Part shown: piece after piece, positions 40,231-49,633 of the stretch
Layout of the letters: every line of letters starts with the position of its first letter
Numbering within the stretch: position 1 is the first letter of the stretch
Source: an uncultured Methanosarcinales archaeon
GTDB lineage: Archaea > Nanobdellota > Nanobdellia > Woesearchaeales > CAYZNE01
Length of the DNA stretch: 64,000 bases
Assembly (NCBI GenBank): GCA_964405295.1
Contig: CAYONI010000003.1
Span: forward strand, 5,159 to 69,158
Direction: 5' to 3'
Position numbers and translations under genes: made by a program
Notes under the pieces: model-generated
Told to the model about the DNA's origin: nothing
Seen by the model: only the letters and a program-made list of their open reading frames with translations
The model's database searches: none

Positions 40231-41439
40231 ATGTCATCACAAAAGCATTCAGCAAATTTCTTAGAGGTAAAAAAGTTATATTTTGATGAAAAAAAGAAGA
40301 TAAAAAATATTGAATTTAAGTTTAGTAAAAAAAAGGGAGATTACGCAAAATTCGTATTTATGACTGAGGGGGAAGATATTGTCATTGAAGGTGTTGAACA
40401 AGATTTTGTTGAATTATCTTTTCAGTTTAAATCTACTATTAGAGAGGGGGTTGGAGAATTAATAGATTTAAGAACTACCCCTGCATATAATACCGAAACT
40501 TACTATAATAATATTGAATATTTTATCCCTAAAGGCTTTACAGATATTAAAGAAATAAGCCAAAAATTTAGTAATGGAACTGCAAAAATCAAGCCTCAAA
40601 CAAATATAAAACAAGGGATAGTGGATATTTTGGAGAAAAAATTTCAATCAAATGATGCAGAAGAAATTATCAAATGTTATTTTGAAGCAATCTCTTTACA
40701 CCTTTTACGTATGAAACCAATCTTAAAATTATTCCAACTTGTAGAAAAGAAGCTAGTTAAAAATTCTGCAAGATTTAAAACTTATATGGGTGAATGTGAT
40801 AAAATTTTTAAGGAAGCTTTGAAAGATAAGCCTGTTCTAGAGTCAGTCCAAATTCTTCATAAAAAATGTCAAGCGGATATAGATTATCTTTTAATTAATT
40901 TTAAAGATATTATAGGGAGTATAGATTTGCGTTGGAGAGAAATGTATAAAACTACTGGTGGAAAACTAGATGGTGATAAAGCAATGCAGTATATTGTTCC
41001 AGATTATGCTAGAATATTTGAAATTGCAAAAGATGTCTTAGTTGATTTCGCATTAATGCTTAAGACAGATGAAGATGACATTGAGATTAATTCTGAGGAG
41101 CAAGTAATCGCTTTTTTAAAAAGAAAAGGATATTCAAATCTTGTTGGAACTATTGATAACGATATTAGGAATGGGTCTGCACATTCATCTATAGATTATA
41201 CTTCTATTAAAGGTAAACTTATTATATATAATAGTAATAAGAAAAATAAGCGAGAAATTAAAAAAGTGTCTTTTAGTGATATGTTGAGAAAATATGATTC
41301 TTTATCAGATTTAACATTTGCTGTACTTTTTTCTTATTTAATGAGTAGGGAGCTTTATTATCTTTGGGCTCTTGATTCTCCAGATTTTAAGTTTTATGTT
41401 GTTGAAAATAAACCAAAATCGAGGACACAAAATTTATAA
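40231..41439 (+). CDS. HEPN-domain protein (RxxxxH), putative RNase/defence effector
   Basis: DIRNGSAHS within a helical C-terminal domain. Confidence 0.62.
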   Translation: MSSQKHSANFLEVKKLYFDEKKKIKNIEFKFSKKKGDYAKFVFMTEGEDIVIEGVEQDFVELSFQFKSTIREGVGELIDLRTTPAYNTETYYNNIEYFIPKGFTDIKEISQKFSNGTAKIKPQTNIKQGIVDILEKKFQSNDAEEIIKCYFEAISLHLLRMKPILKLFQLVEKKLVKNSARFKTYMGECDKIFKEALKDKPVLESVQILHKKCQADIDYLLINFKDIIGSIDLRWREMYKTTGGKLDGDKAMQYIVPDYARIFEIAKDVLVDFALMLKTDEDDIEINSEEQVIAFLKRKGYSNLVGTIDNDIRNGSAHSSIDYTSIKGKLIIYNSNKKNKREIKKVSFSDMLRKYDSLSDLTFAVLFSYLMSRELYYLWALDSPDFKFYVVENKPKSRTQNL

Positions 41440-41608
41440 GCCCTAGTGTCCTCTTTATACGTATAAAACATCCAAAAAAAGTTAAAATGAAAAAAAAGTT
41501 AAACATAACTTTAGAACCTGAAATTCATAATTACCTAAAGAAGAATAAAGCTAATATAAGTTGATATATTGAGAAATTAGTACTTTTAGATTCTATTAAA
41601 GAAAACAA

Positions 41609-41679
41609 TGCAAAAGGCGGGAATCGAACCCGCACCGAAGCCTTGGCAAGGCCCCATTCTACCACTAAACTACCTCTGC
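41609..41679 (-). tRNA. tRNA-Gly(GCC)
   Basis: GCAGAGG/CTTTTGC, GGGCC-TT-GCC-AA-GGCTT, TTCGATT. Confidence 0.92.
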
Positions 41680-41721
41680 ATAAAGAATATTTTGCCACAT
41701 AAATGATAATTAAAAAAATAG

Positions 41722-41794
41722 TGGGCCTGCCCGGACTCGAACCGGGGATCAACGCCGTGTAAGGGCGCTGTCATAGCCACTAGACCACAAGCCC
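41722..41794 (-). tRNA. tRNA-Val(UAC)
   Basis: GGGCTTG/CAGGCCC, GCGCC-CT-TAC-AC-GGCGT, TTCGAGT. Confidence 0.94.
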
Positions 41795-41972
41795 ATGATA
41801 TTCAATGAGAGAAGTATTTTATTTAAAAATGTTATGCACAAAATTAAAAATTTTGGCATATTGGAAATTTAATTTCCCCTATGGACAGACAAGGTTTTGC
41901 ATACTGAGAATCTCTGATTCTTATTATGCAAAAAATAAAAAACTTATAAATAAATTTGCACTTTGCTCAAAT

Positions 41973-42735
41973 TATGGGATCACTAGAACAAGCAATAGGC
42001 AAAGAGAAGACTGATTACCTACGAAATGTAATAATTATAGATGCAGTTGTAGCTAATGATATTAAAACTTTAAACTTGGACAATGAAGATCTAACTGATT
42101 TAAGATTATTCAAGTGCGCAAATTTAAGTAATAAAACCGAGTCTTATATGGAGCAGCTAGTTAAAAGTGATTATCAAGATGTATTAGATTTTATTTTAGA
42201 TATACCAGATTTATTTCTAAGCAATGAAATATTCCAAAAAATGAGTAAAAATGCAATTAATTTAAGATTGAGTTCATCATTTGAACTAGCTAAAAAAATA
42301 GATGCTTCAGGAAAAAACATATTCGAGCCAGATTCCAAACTTCCATTAGTAGGTATTATCTACAATTTAATTCAAGGTAGTGTTCCAGTATATTCTATCA
42401 TAAATCCTAAGATTGAATTATTAAAATCAACTCTTTGTAATATATTAGGTGTTGATTATAATTCTATTTCTTCATTTGATGAATGGTATACAAAACAACA
42501 AGATGAAGAATATACCCTAATCAACTTAAAAGACCAATCTAAATCAAATAGCAGTATTCTTAGAGCAAAAAGATTTAATATACCTATAGCCTCGTCACAC
42601 ATCCCTTCAGAAAGTGAGAATATGCAATTTAAAATATTAAAAAAAAGTCATCAAATGGAACAATATAATTTATGTGGCAGTGTTAAAAATTATCAAGTTC
42701 CTCTTAGAATAAATATTGCTACACCAATAAAATAA
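41973..42735 (+). CDS. Hypothetical protein
   Basis: ORF only; approximate ATG start (MGSLEQ). Confidence 0.5.
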
Positions 42736-42742
42736 AAAGAAA

Positions 42743-42840
42743 AAATGCTCAATCAATCAAAAAAAGCTAAGCTTTTTTGGTGCACCAAAAACCTGTAATT
42801 TTTGTTTGAATTACAAATTATTGGCACCGACAAATCGGAA
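42743..42840 (-). repeat. Subfamily A copy 4 with hairpin inserts in its loop
   Basis: AAATGCTCAAT[...CAAAAAAAGCTAAGCTTTTTTGGTGCACCAAAAA...TGTAATT..AATTACA...]ATTGGCACCGACAAATCGGAA; abuts a stop codon. Confidence 0.8.
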
Positions 42841-43038
42841 CTAAATTAATTCACCAAGTTCAACAGAATAATTATCTTCTATTAAACTATCATCTAAGTC
42901 TTGAATTACTTCAACGTCAACCTGATCATCAGTTAAATCATCAACACTTGTTTGATCATTAACTTGAGTTGTACAACCACTTAAGATTGTTAACCCCAAT
43001 ACTAAAAGTAAAATAAGAGCAGTTATTTGTTTTTTCAT
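42841..43038 (-). CDS. Small acidic lipoprotein
   Basis: Lipobox LSGC; ends VELGELI. Confidence 0.75.
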   Translation of the reverse strand: MKKQITALILLLVLGLTILSGCTTQVNDQTSVDDLTDDQVDVEVIQDLDDSLIEDNYSVELGELI

Positions 43039-43931
43039 TAATTGTTCACCCCATTACCTGAAGATGCACTGTTTCCTATTGCTCCAGCGTTTGACAATTC
43101 CGCTCTTACCCTTTCTTTCAAAGTAGTAATGTTTGAATTTCTTAACCTATGCATTATAGCGTCTTTTTGCACTTCTAGTTTAGTCTTAGCTTCTCTTATT
43201 TTTAAAATTGCTTGTTTTTTTGCTTCATTATCAAGACTATTTAACATTTTGGCAACTTCACTTCTTATTTCACCGTAATTAGCTTCTCCCGCTTTAACAG
43301 CACCTATTAACCTAGAATTATTTATGCCAACTCTATTAAACACAGCCATAACTTGCTCTGAATTATACTTTACTTTTCTTTCTCTTATTTGATTAGAAAG
43401 ATTAATTGTTTCGTTTGTTTCAATATTTCTAACTCTCTCTCTTAACTGTAAAGATTCACTTTCACCAATTATATCATGAGAAATTTCTCTAAATAATTTA
43501 ACAAGTTCTTTTGCTTCTACTTTTAGATTGTGGTATATAGAAATATAGTCTTCTGCATCTACAGTAAAATCAATACTTTGTGTTTTTCCCAATACTTCAC
43601 CAAGTTTCATAATAATAGACTCTAAATCAGCAGTATCTTCGTCAGGATAGTTCTCATTAATATACTCTACAATTTTTTTTTGTCCTTGAACAGATTTTAA
43701 TATTGCTTCTTCAAGTTGTAAAAATCTCATCTCTAAACCATATGCATTATACATTGGTGCTAACTCTTCTTCAGATAACTCTGTATTTTCAATTACAGCA
43801 TCACTTGAAGCAGTAATTAAATCTGCAGCAGGTGCTGCATCAGCTGAATCTTCTATTGCCATAGCAAATGGCATAACAGCCAATGCGAATAATACGATAA
43901 ATGCGATTGCATATATTCTTTCAATTTTCAT
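43038..43931 (-). CDS. Secreted coiled-coil protein
   Basis: Signal peptide, helical heptads, GGAGG Shine-Dalgarno. Confidence 0.7.
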   Translation of the reverse strand: MKIERIYAIAFIVLFALAVMPFAMAIEDSADAAPAADLITASSDAVIENTELSEEELAPMYNAYGLEMRFLQLEEAILKSVQGQKKIVEYINENYPDEDTADLESIIMKLGEVLGKTQSIDFTVDAEDYISIYHNLKVEAKELVKLFREISHDIIGESESLQLRERVRNIETNETINLSNQIRERKVKYNSEQVMAVFNRVGINNSRLIGAVKAGEANYGEIRSEVAKMLNSLDNEAKKQAILKIREAKTKLEVQKDAIMHRLRNSNITTLKERVRAELSNAGAIGNSASSGNGVNN

Positions 43932-43970
43932 TTTGCCTCCTTAGCACTAACTTGTGCTTATATTATATAA

Positions 43971-44014
43971 TAAAGTGGAACAACATATCTATTTATCCCG
44001 GAACAAGCCGGAAC
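43971..44014. promoter_or_regulatory. Operator candidate TAAAGTGGAACAAC plus CCGGAAC x2
   Basis: One mismatch to the site at 14550. Confidence 0.5.
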
Positions 44015-44712
44015 TAAGCGGAATCTTCATTAATGGAAATAAGATTAGACATTCCCACTTGTTCCTTTTTTAATAAACCTTTTTTTACCATTGTTTCAAT
44101 GTTTCTAGAAATAGAAGACTTTGGTAAGTGTGTAATATCTTGTATTTGTTTTTGGGTCATTGACTTTTTATTCTTAACAAGTATTTCATAAATAGTTTTT
44201 TGTCTAAGAGCCATTGCAGGAAGTTTTGGTTTAGGTTTCTTATTCTTCTTTTTTAATAAGTAATATCCTACTCCAAATATAACAAAAACAATTATTACAT
44301 ATAACCACAAATAATTAGCAGAATTATAACTATTAATACTATACTGAACGACAATCGAAAATTTCTGATTTTTACCAGTTCCAATAATAGATAACCCAGA
44401 AGAAGAGTCCTCTATCCTTGCGAACTCCGGCATCTTCATATAATTCACAACTGCGTTCTTCGGAAGTTTTAGTTCATAGATAAAATTACTAAAATAGTCA
44501 TCTGTTGAAACATTTACAATCCAATGCTTTCCATTTTTAGAAGTAAACTCAGTTGAATCCTCAACATCTAATAAATGGTGATTGGTCTCACCAGAAATAG
44601 TTGTCAAACCAGCATTATCAATAGATATAATGACATCTGCATAATAATCCTGAGCATAAGTAGAACTGACAAATATCAATACTAATAACAGAATCAACAA
44701 TCCACTCTTCAT
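44014..44712 (-). CDS. Membrane-anchored regulator (extracellular domain, TM, wHTH)
   Basis: Signal peptide, TM, QKQIQDITHLPKSSISRNI...GMSN. Confidence 0.8.
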   Translation of the reverse strand: MKSGLLILLLVLIFVSSTYAQDYYADVIISIDNAGLTTISGETNHHLLDVEDSTEFTSKNGKHWIVNVSTDDYFSNFIYELKLPKNAVVNYMKMPEFARIEDSSSGLSIIGTGKNQKFSIVVQYSINSYNSANYLWLYVIIVFVIFGVGYYLLKKKNKKPKPKLPAMALRQKTIYEILVKNKKSMTQKQIQDITHLPKSSISRNIETMVKKGLLKKEQVGMSNLISINEDSA

Positions 44713-44824
44713 ATAGGTATTTTATAAATAGATTATTATAAAGTTTGTCCTTTAAGAAACAAAAGCTTTTTATATGGTTCTTAAATCTCTAAAGCTATAA
44801 CATATTTAAAAGGTAAATAAGACA

Positions 44825-45046
44825 ATGGTAAAGAAAATTCATACTAGACAAAAAAGAAAATTCAATTTAACTTCAAGTTTTGGGCATAAAAACTTTTTTT
44901 CAGGAAAAGTTAAACCACACAGACCAAAAACTTTCAAAACTAAAGAAGCAGCAAACGAATATGCTAAAACAAAGGGTTTGAAAGAAACTGGATACATCCT
45001 AGTTCCTGCAAAAAAAGGTAAAAAAATCAAAATAGAACTAGTTTAA
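44825..45046 (+). CDS. Small basic hypothetical protein
   Basis: 73 aa, Lys-rich, RPKTFKT; AAGGT Shine-Dalgarno. Confidence 0.7.
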   Translation: MVKKIHTRQKRKFNLTSSFGHKNFFSGKVKPHRPKTFKTKEAANEYAKTKGLKETGYILVPAKKGKKIKIELV

Positions 45047-45048
45047 AC

Positions 45049-45106
45049 TTATTACAATTTGTGCTTATCCAAATTATAATGACCAAAAATCCTTGATTTT
45101 TGTGTT
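45049..45106 (-). repeat. Subfamily B element
   Basis: Reverse complement: AACACAAAAATCAAGGATTTTTG-GTC-ATTATAATTTG...CAAATTGTAAT-AA. Confidence 0.78.
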
Positions 45107-45111
45107 TATTT

Positions 45112-45225
45112 GTGGGGGTAGCAAAGTCTGGTCAAATGCGCAGGACTTAAGATTTTGGACACTCATGTGTAAATGAGACATCCTGTCCTTTAGTAGGTTC
45201 GAGGGTTCGAATCCCTTCCCCCACA
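45112..45225 (+). tRNA. tRNA-Leu(UAA) with canonical 28-nt BHB intron (45152-45179)
   Basis: GTGGGGG/CCCCCAC; CTTA pairs with intron TGAG, 3-nt bulges; long variable arm. Confidence 0.92.
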
Positions 45226-45234
45226 TATTCATCT

Positions 45235-45352
45235 GCCTCCGTAGCATAGTGGTGGTGCGGCTGCCTAGTAAACAAAAACCTTAATGGTTTTTGATCCTTT
45301 AACGAGGGTTAAAGAAAGCAGCAGGTCCTGCGTTCAAATCGCAGCGGAGGCT
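45235..45352 (+). tRNA. tRNA-Thr(AGU) with 46-nt intron (45271-45316)
   Basis: GCCTCCG/CGGAGGC, U73, GCTGC-CT-AGT-A|intron|A-GCAGC, TTCAAAT. Confidence 0.85.
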
Positions 45353-45417
45353 TATTTCTCTTAATAAAATTTAGATAACTAGAAAAGAACGTAAACCGTT
45401 AAACTAATTTTTAATAA

Positions 45418-46200
45418 TTAAATATCTTTTAGAAGTTTTAAAACATCCGAATGAACATTTCCATTTGAAGCTAATATTGAAGTTGATTTAAGATCTATTT
45501 TTTTACCTTGAATATCTGTTACTATACCACCTGCTTCTTCAACAAGAAGTGCTCCAGGCAAAATATCCCAAGGATAGGTTATAATATTAAAAAAGACATC
45601 AAATTTACCTTCCGAAATATAAGTCATAGCCGCAATACCAGATCCAAGTATACGCATATGCAAAGTTTTATTGAAAATATTACCTAGGGCTATAATTGTC
45701 CTTGCCCTTGCTTCTTTTTTTGAAGATATATGGGTCATAACAACTGACTTTTTTAATTTAAAATTACTATTAACTTTTATCTTTATATTATTTAAGAAAG
45801 CACCTTTACCTTTCTCAGCAAAATATAAATTATCTTTTACAGGATTATAAATTGCAGTGATTATAGGTTTATCCTTTTCAACTAAACATATAGCAACTCT
45901 AAAAGGGGACATTCCATGATAATAATTCATTGTACCGTCTATAGGATCAACAACCCAAATATATTCAGAAGCATTATCAATCATACCTTCTTCTTCAGAG
46001 TAAATACTGTGATCAGGAAAATGTAGTTTAATATTATTAATTATTATTTTTTCTGCTTGAATATCTATTTCAGTAACAATATCACTTTTTGCTTTAAAAG
46101 AACAAGATTTAACTTTGTCTAAATTTTCTAATATAATTTTTCCTGCAGCTTTTGCAGAATCAATTGCAACTTTTTTGGCTAAAACGTAATCCATACACAA
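45418..46200 (-). CDS. Inositol monophosphatase family protein
   Basis: SEE, WVVDPIDGTMNY, PWDILPG. Confidence 0.93.
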   Translation of the reverse strand: MCMDYVLAKKVAIDSAKAAGKIILENLDKVKSCSFKAKSDIVTEIDIQAEKIIINNIKLHFPDHSIYSEEEGMIDNASEYIWVVDPIDGTMNYYHGMSPFRVAICLVEKDKPIITAIYNPVKDNLYFAEKGKGAFLNNIKIKVNSNFKLKKSVVMTHISSKKEARARTIIALGNIFNKTLHMRILGSGIAAMTYISEGKFDVFFNIITYPWDILPGALLVEEAGGIVTDIQGKKIDLKSTSILASNGNVHSDVLKLLKDI

Positions 46201-46252
46201 GATAAAATAGTATTAATATAAAAATATTTCTATTTAGAAAACTAAATACTCT

Positions 46253-49200
46253 CTAAACCGCAATCATCGGTGGCAACTTCACCTTGGATGCAATTATAGA
46301 ATTACCTCTTTCTTTATCCTCTTTGTAAACACCCTCAATGATTATTCCTGTATTTGTGGGAATATCTGATCGCATAGCACACTCTTCAAAAGTATTGGGA
46401 AAGATTATTACATTGCACTCATTTCTTTTATTAGCAAGAGTAATAAATGCCATGTCATCACCATTCTTTGTTATAACTTTAGAATATCTTTTTACTAAAC
46501 CAAAAAGCTGCACCCTGGAATTATCTTTCATATTATCAAAATTTAATAGGCTCTGATCTTTAGAAGCTTCATATAAATCCATTGGATGCCCAGAAATATA
46601 GACCCCCATTAATTCTTTTTCTATATCCAACTTTGCTTTTAATGACAACTCAGGGCAATTAGGGTAGGCAATACTATTTGCTCTTGTACCAAAAAGAGTT
46701 AATTGTTTGTGTTGAACACTTTCTTTTTTTACAGACTCATATTTTTCTAATAGTTGTGAACGATTGTGTTGAAGATTATCAAAGCAACCAACAGATATTA
46801 AACTCTTTACAACTCGTTTGTTAACTTTTGATAAATTGACTTTATTAATAAAATCTTGATATGAATTATAAGGTCTATACTTTATTATTTCTTTTATTGC
46901 TATTTCACCTACGTTCTTTATACCAGACAAACCAAAACGAATCTTTTTCTTTTTACTTTCTTTTTCCATAACAAAACTTCTTTCAGAAAAGTTTATTTCA
47001 GGGCACTCAACTTCTATGTCCATATTTCTTGTTGCATCAATATAGAACGCAAGCTTATCAGGATCTGATGAATTAGACGATAAAACTGCAGCCATAAACT
47101 CTGCAGGATAATACTGTTTAAGGTAAGCAGTTCTGTATGCAATTAGTGCGTATGCTGCAGCATGACTTTTATTAAAAGAATAAGAAGCAAACTTAACTAT
47201 ATTACCCCATAGATCATTAACTGATTTAGGCTCCATCTTAGAATAAGTCATACAACCATACTTGAACTTCTCTTCCATCCTGAGCATTAGGTCAAGTTTT
47301 TTCTTACCAATTGCTTTTCTTAAAACATCTGCTTCACCCATTGTAAAGTTTGCAAGAGTTCTAGCCAACTGCATAACTTGTTCTTGATAAACAAGAATTC
47401 CATAAGTTGGTTTTAAAATTTCTTTAGAATTAGGATGAACATATTTTACTTTTTCTGCACCGCTTTTTCTTCTTGCGTATACATCTATAAAATCCATACT
47501 TCCTGGCCGATAAAGTGAAACAATTGCAATTATATCATCAAAACAAGTTGGCTTAACAAGCTTTAATGTTTTCTGCATTCCAGGACTTTCCATTTGAAAA
47601 ACTCCTGTACTATAACCTTTTCTTAGCATTGCATAAACTTTTTTATCATCAACAGGTATTTGTTCTAACCATTCAGTGTCTTTGCCTATATTTTTTAAAA
47701 TTTTATCAGTAATATTTAATGTTTCTAGGCCAAGGAAATCAAACTTTAATAATCCTACATCCTCAACTTCTCTCCAATCAACTTGAGTTATAGTTGCACC
47801 ATCTTTTTTGTAAACCGGAAGATAATCTGTTATTGGAGCCTTACCCCAAACCACACCACAGGCATGGATTCCCTTATGTCTAACACATCCCTCGAGGACA
47901 GCTGCAACTTGAAATAATTTAGGAAACCTTGATTGATAATCTCTTAATGGTTGATTAGCATACTTCTTTGTTCTCTTATTCTTTAAATCTAAAGACAATT
48001 GAATTGTTTTCTCAGTAATAAAATTAGTCATTTCATTTGAAATAGAAAAAGAAATACCCAATGCCCTTGCAACATCTTTTATCACAGATTTTGCACTCAT
48101 TGTTCCGAAAGTTCCTATCAATGCAACCTTTTCTTTACCATACTTATTTTTAACATAATCTAATGCAATCTCCTTATCACCAAAATCTATATCAAAATCA
48201 GGTAAAGAAATTCTATCGGGATTCAGGAAACGTTCAAATAAAAGCCCTAAAGATAGAGGTTCTAACTGGGTTATACCCAACAAGTATGCAACAATAGATC
48301 CTGCACCAGAACCTCTTCCAGGGCCAACCTGGCAATGTGCTTTGGACGCACTAATAAAATCTTCGACTATAAGAAAATAAGTTGCATAACCCATCTTATT
48401 AATAACAGATAACTCAAAGTCCATTCTTTTCTTTGCCTTATCCATTAATAGAGTATTAGCATATTTCTTATCTAATTGTTTAGAACACAAATCTAATAGA
48501 TATTGTTCATGATCTTTTTCTTTTATTTCAAAATTAGGAAAAACAGTTTTACCAAGTTCTAATTCAACATTACATCTTTCTGCAATCAACGCAGTATTAG
48601 TTACTGCTTCTTTAAAATCAGAAAATAAATCAAGCATTTCCGCTTCAGACATAACATGATAACCTGAACCCTGAAATTTAAAATGATTTGGTTCATCAAT
48701 TTTTGAGTTTGTCTGAATACACAACATGATTTCATGAGCATGAGCATGTTCTTCTAACAAGTAATGAGAATCACAAGTTGCAACCAACTTTAACCCAAAC
48801 TCTTTGGCAAATTTCTTATATGCAGTTCTAACTTTTTTTTCCTCATTAATACCATGATTTTCAAGTTCTAGGAAAAAATTATTTTTACCAAAGATTGCAA
48901 TGTAATCAATAATTAAAGCTCTTGCTCTATCCTCGTCTTTATTTATGATTGCCTGTGCAACATCATTAGCTAAGCAAGCAGAAAGACAAATAAGTCCCTC
49001 TGAATACTTTGCTAAAATCTTTTTATCTAATCTAGGCCTATAGTAAAACCCCTCACTGTTGGCAATGGAAGCCAACTTTATGAGGTTTTTATAGCCTTGA
49101 AGGTTTTCTGCCAAAAGAACAAGATGATATCTCTTTTGAGATTTATCTTTTTGATTAATATCATTAACAATGTATGCCTCCATGCCAAATATTAATTTTA

Positions 49201-49375
49201 CACCTGCTTTTTTAGCAAGTTGATACTTATGAATTAATGCATGCATGTTACCATGCTCAGTTATTGCCACAGAATCCATTCCGAGCTCCTTAACTCGCTT
49301 GAATAAATCATTAACTCTTGTAGCACCGTCTAGCAAACTATATTCTGTGTGTAAATGTAAGTGTGTAAATGCCAT
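46253..49375 (-). CDS. dnaE: Bacterial-type DNA polymerase III alpha subunit
   Basis: PHP HLHLHTEYSLLDG, GRGSGAGS, FERFLNPDRISLPDFDIDF, KFDFLGL, YSFNKSH, QLTLF, OB fold. Confidence 0.96.
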   Translation of the reverse strand: MAFTHLHLHTEYSLLDGATRVNDLFKRVKELGMDSVAITEHGNMHALIHKYQLAKKAGVKLIFGMEAYIVNDINQKDKSQKRYHLVLLAENLQGYKNLIKLASIANSEGFYYRPRLDKKILAKYSEGLICLSACLANDVAQAIINKDEDRARALIIDYIAIFGKNNFFLELENHGINEEKKVRTAYKKFAKEFGLKLVATCDSHYLLEEHAHAHEIMLCIQTNSKIDEPNHFKFQGSGYHVMSEAEMLDLFSDFKEAVTNTALIAERCNVELELGKTVFPNFEIKEKDHEQYLLDLCSKQLDKKYANTLLMDKAKKRMDFELSVINKMGYATYFLIVEDFISASKAHCQVGPGRGSGAGSIVAYLLGITQLEPLSLGLLFERFLNPDRISLPDFDIDFGDKEIALDYVKNKYGKEKVALIGTFGTMSAKSVIKDVARALGISFSISNEMTNFITEKTIQLSLDLKNKRTKKYANQPLRDYQSRFPKLFQVAAVLEGCVRHKGIHACGVVWGKAPITDYLPVYKKDGATITQVDWREVEDVGLLKFDFLGLETLNITDKILKNIGKDTEWLEQIPVDDKKVYAMLRKGYSTGVFQMESPGMQKTLKLVKPTCFDDIIAIVSLYRPGSMDFIDVYARRKSGAEKVKYVHPNSKEILKPTYGILVYQEQVMQLARTLANFTMGEADVLRKAIGKKKLDLMLRMEEKFKYGCMTYSKMEPKSVNDLWGNIVKFASYSFNKSHAAAYALIAYRTAYLKQYYPAEFMAAVLSSNSSDPDKLAFYIDATRNMDIEVECPEINFSERSFVMEKESKKKKIRFGLSGIKNVGEIAIKEIIKYRPYNSYQDFINKVNLSKVNKRVVKSLISVGCFDNLQHNRSQLLEKYESVKKESVQHKQLTLFGTRANSIAYPNCPELSLKAKLDIEKELMGVYISGHPMDLYEASKDQSLLNFDNMKDNSRVQLFGLVKRYSKVITKNGDDMAFITLANKRNECNVIIFPNTFEECAMRSDIPTNTGIIIEGVYKEDKERGNSIIASKVKLPPMIAV

Positions 49376-49633
49376 TTTATTATAAAAAATAAATATAGCT
49401 ATCGCTATACTGGTTAAGTTTTGAAAATATGATTTTTCAACTTAGATTAGAGGGTCTTAGTCCCTGTTATAATGCATAATGAAAACTCTAATATAAAGAT
49501 TCCCTAACAAAAGAATATAGAATAGAATATAGTCTATAACATATATATAATAGATTGAGCAATCCCTAATGAGTAGTTCACAAAGCTACACTAACCCAAA
49601 AGCATATAAATAAAATTGCATTTTCGTTGATTT

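Noticed and set aside
41531..41752. 73-aa ORF
   Set aside because: Overlaps tRNA-Gly and tRNA-Val.
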